64,000 nucleotides of DNA, from positions 19,213 through 83,212 of the forward strand of contig CANIQT010000016.1 in the NCBI GenBank assembly GCA_947469885.1, written 5' to 3'. Positions 62,157-64,000 of this stretch are shown piece by piece (positions within the stretch are counted from its first letter, which is position 1; each line of letters opens with the position of its first letter). Under the pieces are notes generated by a model, which did no database searches, was not told the origin of the DNA, and saw only the letters and a list, made by a program, of their open reading frames with translations. The position numbers were made by a program, and so were the translations under genes. Origin of the DNA: Bacteroidota bacterium (lineage in GTDB: Bacteria; Bacteroidota; Bacteroidia; 2-12-FULL-35-15).

Positions 62157-63895
62157 CATAGCTTATAGTTGTTTTTTTGCAGTTGGGTGATGGTTTTCTG
62201 TAGCTGAATGGTTGCTGTTTTGTAAAATTGTTCGGGTTTTGGTTTTAGTTTTACCTGTCGGGCCACACTGTTGGTGGCTATAGTGATGGTTTGGGTGGTG
62301 TTGCCAAAGTAGGTGCTCCATTCGCTAAAGTTGGTGCCCGTTCCATCTGGTTTTATTTGTATGTGGTTGATGGTAAGCAGGTCGTCATTGGGGGCTATGC
62401 AAGCATTGTCGGCCACTGAGCCGGGAAACACCGCCAGTACTTTGGCTATGCCTCCTATTTCGTGAGTTTTGAGCCCCAGTGCATGTTCCGCAAAGCGGGA
62501 AGAAGGTTGGAGGATGAGTTGGCAGCCAATATAATCGAGGGCTTGGGTCATCAAATCGGTGTAATCCGATGCTTTATTTATATACTTATTATATATGTCA
62601 TCAAAGGAGGCATTGGCATAATGCTCCACAATTCCTTTATAATCCCTTTCTGAATAGCCTTTTTGTTTCAATGCAAACTCATTATATAAGTGTCGCATCA
62701 CATCATCCAACGAATATTTATTTTCTGAATTTTTGCGGATGAAAATATCAGTACAAAAAGCCAAGAGGTTTCCTTCGTCATAAATGGAAGTTTTACGGTT
62801 CGGAATTCCGGGCACATATCCGTCCAGCCAAGTGTCGAAAGAGGAATCTGCAACAGAAAGATTAAACCTGCCAAAATTATCAATGTGTTTTTGCATTCGT
62901 TCTGTCAATGTTTGGAAATATTGTTCTTCGTTAAAAACACCTGAGCGCAACAATAAATAATCGCCATAATAAGTAGTGATGCCTTCGCACACATAACCAA
63001 GTTTAGAATAGTTTTCTTTGGTATAATCGTAAGGCTGCATTTCGATGGGGCGGATGGTTTTGATGTTCCAGGCATGAAAGAGTTCGTGACAACTGACACC
63101 TAATAAATCGTCATACAAATCGCCTTTCATCACATTGTAACCCGGACCGAGGGCAATAACTGTGCTATCGGTATGCTCCACTCCATGATACATCCTTGTG
63201 GGAAGAATTTGGAAAAGAAAATGATAATTGAGGAAGGGTGTTTTGCCAAACATGGTAACTTGTTCGTTACAAAATTTCATAAAATCAGTAGTAAGTTTTT
63301 CCCAATCGGGTTTGCACTCGCCTTGAAACCAGAGGTGGAATTTATTATTTCCCAATCGGAATTCGGAATGTTGTAATGTTGGACTGGCAATAAAAGGAGA
63401 ATCGGCAAGTTGGTGGAAATTGGTTGCAACAAAAGACCTCACTATTTCCCCGTCCTCAAAATTAAGAGCAGGCAGCCCGCAAGCTACTTGGTAATTATTG
63501 GGCAATTGAAGGTGAAGTTCACATTTTTCATTTATTCGTTCGGGGATATACACACAGCAGTTGACAGGATTCATATACAATTGAGTGTTGTCGAGATATG
63601 TGGAGCCCGCATTTAAATCGAACGCATAGTAATTATATTTTATATGCAATCGCGAAATGCCTTTGGTTTGCACTATCCAGCAATCTTTGGTTATTTTTTG
63701 AAATGATAATGCATTTCCTTTATCATCAAAAGCCGCCCATTGCTGAACATTTTTTGCAAAGTTGCCTAACTCATATCTTCCCGGTCGCCATGCAGGAAGT
63801 TGAACAGTTGTTTCATCTTCATTTATTTTATCAGCAATGAATTCGATGGTTACAAAATGGGTGTGAGGATTTAGTGTGGAGATGATATATTTCAT
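62138..63895 (-). CDS. M61-family metallopeptidase (glycyl-aminopeptidase-like) with C-terminal PDZ-like domain
   Basis: It has the HExxH motif in SCHELFHAWN, a downstream EG(I/F)T motif (CEGITTYY), and a C-terminal GIAKVLAVFPGSVADNACIAPNDDLLTINH segment that looks PDZ-like. Confidence 0.8.
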   Translation of the reverse strand: MKYIISTLNPHTHFVTIEFIADKINEDETTVQLPAWRPGRYELGNFAKNVQQWAAFDDKGNALSFQKITKDCWIVQTKGISRLHIKYNYYAFDLNAGSTYLDNTQLYMNPVNCCVYIPERINEKCELHLQLPNNYQVACGLPALNFEDGEIVRSFVATNFHQLADSPFIASPTLQHSEFRLGNNKFHLWFQGECKPDWEKLTTDFMKFCNEQVTMFGKTPFLNYHFLFQILPTRMYHGVEHTDSTVIALGPGYNVMKGDLYDDLLGVSCHELFHAWNIKTIRPIEMQPYDYTKENYSKLGYVCEGITTYYGDYLLLRSGVFNEEQYFQTLTERMQKHIDNFGRFNLSVADSSFDTWLDGYVPGIPNRKTSIYDEGNLLAFCTDIFIRKNSENKYSLDDVMRHLYNEFALKQKGYSERDYKGIVEHYANASFDDIYNKYINKASDYTDLMTQALDYIGCQLILQPSSRFAEHALGLKTHEIGGIAKVLAVFPGSVADNACIAPNDDLLTINHIQIKPDGTGTNFSEWSTYFGNTTQTITIATNSVARQVKLKPKPEQFYKTATIQLQKTITQLQKNNYKLWSKVQS

Positions 63896-64000
63896 TATAA
63901 TTATGAGTTATGAATTGAAAATGTGTGCGAAATTACAAATTCAAATTACATAATGATGTTGATTCATAATTTGGAACAAAATAAATTACTACTTTCGCAA

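Noticed and set aside
1-64000. Search for tRNA, rRNA, tmRNA, RNase P or CRISPR-cas, restriction-modification, or toxin-antitoxin defence loci
   Set aside because: I found no cloverleaf-compatible GTTCGAATC-type T-arms outside coding sequence and no rRNA-like conserved blocks. There are no spacer-containing repeat arrays. No ORFs showed nuclease/methylase or TA signatures beyond those listed. A sensitive covariance-model scan could still reveal small RNAs.

Overview
This is an AT-rich chromosomal window that looks like Bacteroidota. The clues are a T9SS C-terminal sorting domain, a BatA-type protein, a CBM9/DUF5916-like outer-membrane protein and TAnnTTTG-type -7 boxes. Gene density is high and I saw no rRNA, tRNA or CRISPR.

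Layout:
- 1-5.3 kb: a + strand exopolysaccharide operon with pump-like parts. It encodes a 5'-truncated TolC-like/glycoside-hydrolase-like fusion, a HlyD-like adaptor, a Cys-rich regulator with a degenerate GGDEF-like domain, and a processive GT2 synthase.
- 5.3-8.5 kb: an RsmI-like methyltransferase, an LMW protein-tyrosine phosphatase, dnaA and a candidate oriC spacer.
- 8.5-16.7 kb: housekeeping genes (thioesterase, lolD-like ATPase, large OMP, GDPD-like, NPP-like phosphatase, dapA) interrupted by small orphan genes.
- 16.8-34.6 kb: one long minus-strand surface-glycan cluster. It holds wecB, a wecE-like aminotransferase, a hexapeptide acetyltransferase, GT2/GT4 enzymes, three AT3 acyltransferases and an MBOAT with its partner. 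At its upstream end it runs directly into two paralogous fibre proteins with a phage tail-spike-type (S74-like) C-terminal chaperone domain, and a small T9SS-CTD protein.
- 34.8-47.3 kb: an orphan gene behind a 6 x 42-bp tandem array, a small wHTH gene, secreted paralogues, a dihydroorotase-like gene that has lost the HxH motif, a BatA-like gene and a 1503-aa thioester-containing alpha-2-macroglobulin.
- 47.5-64 kb: etfBA, a bifunctional nuclease, a nucleoside permease, a complete REPtron (rayT flanked by inverted REP units), thyA-folA, a G+C-rich 42-bp array, a cobalamin riboswitch with a TonB-dependent receptor, an S4-less pseudouridine synthase, a porin, GH92 and an M61 peptidase.

The non-coding DNA carries at least five repeat families: REP/REPIN, G/C-rich CCCCTCTCC palindromes, heptanucleotide tandem arrays, two 42-bp arrays, and a ~570-bp giant palindrome.

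Every call rests on motif reading by eye. No database search was possible.
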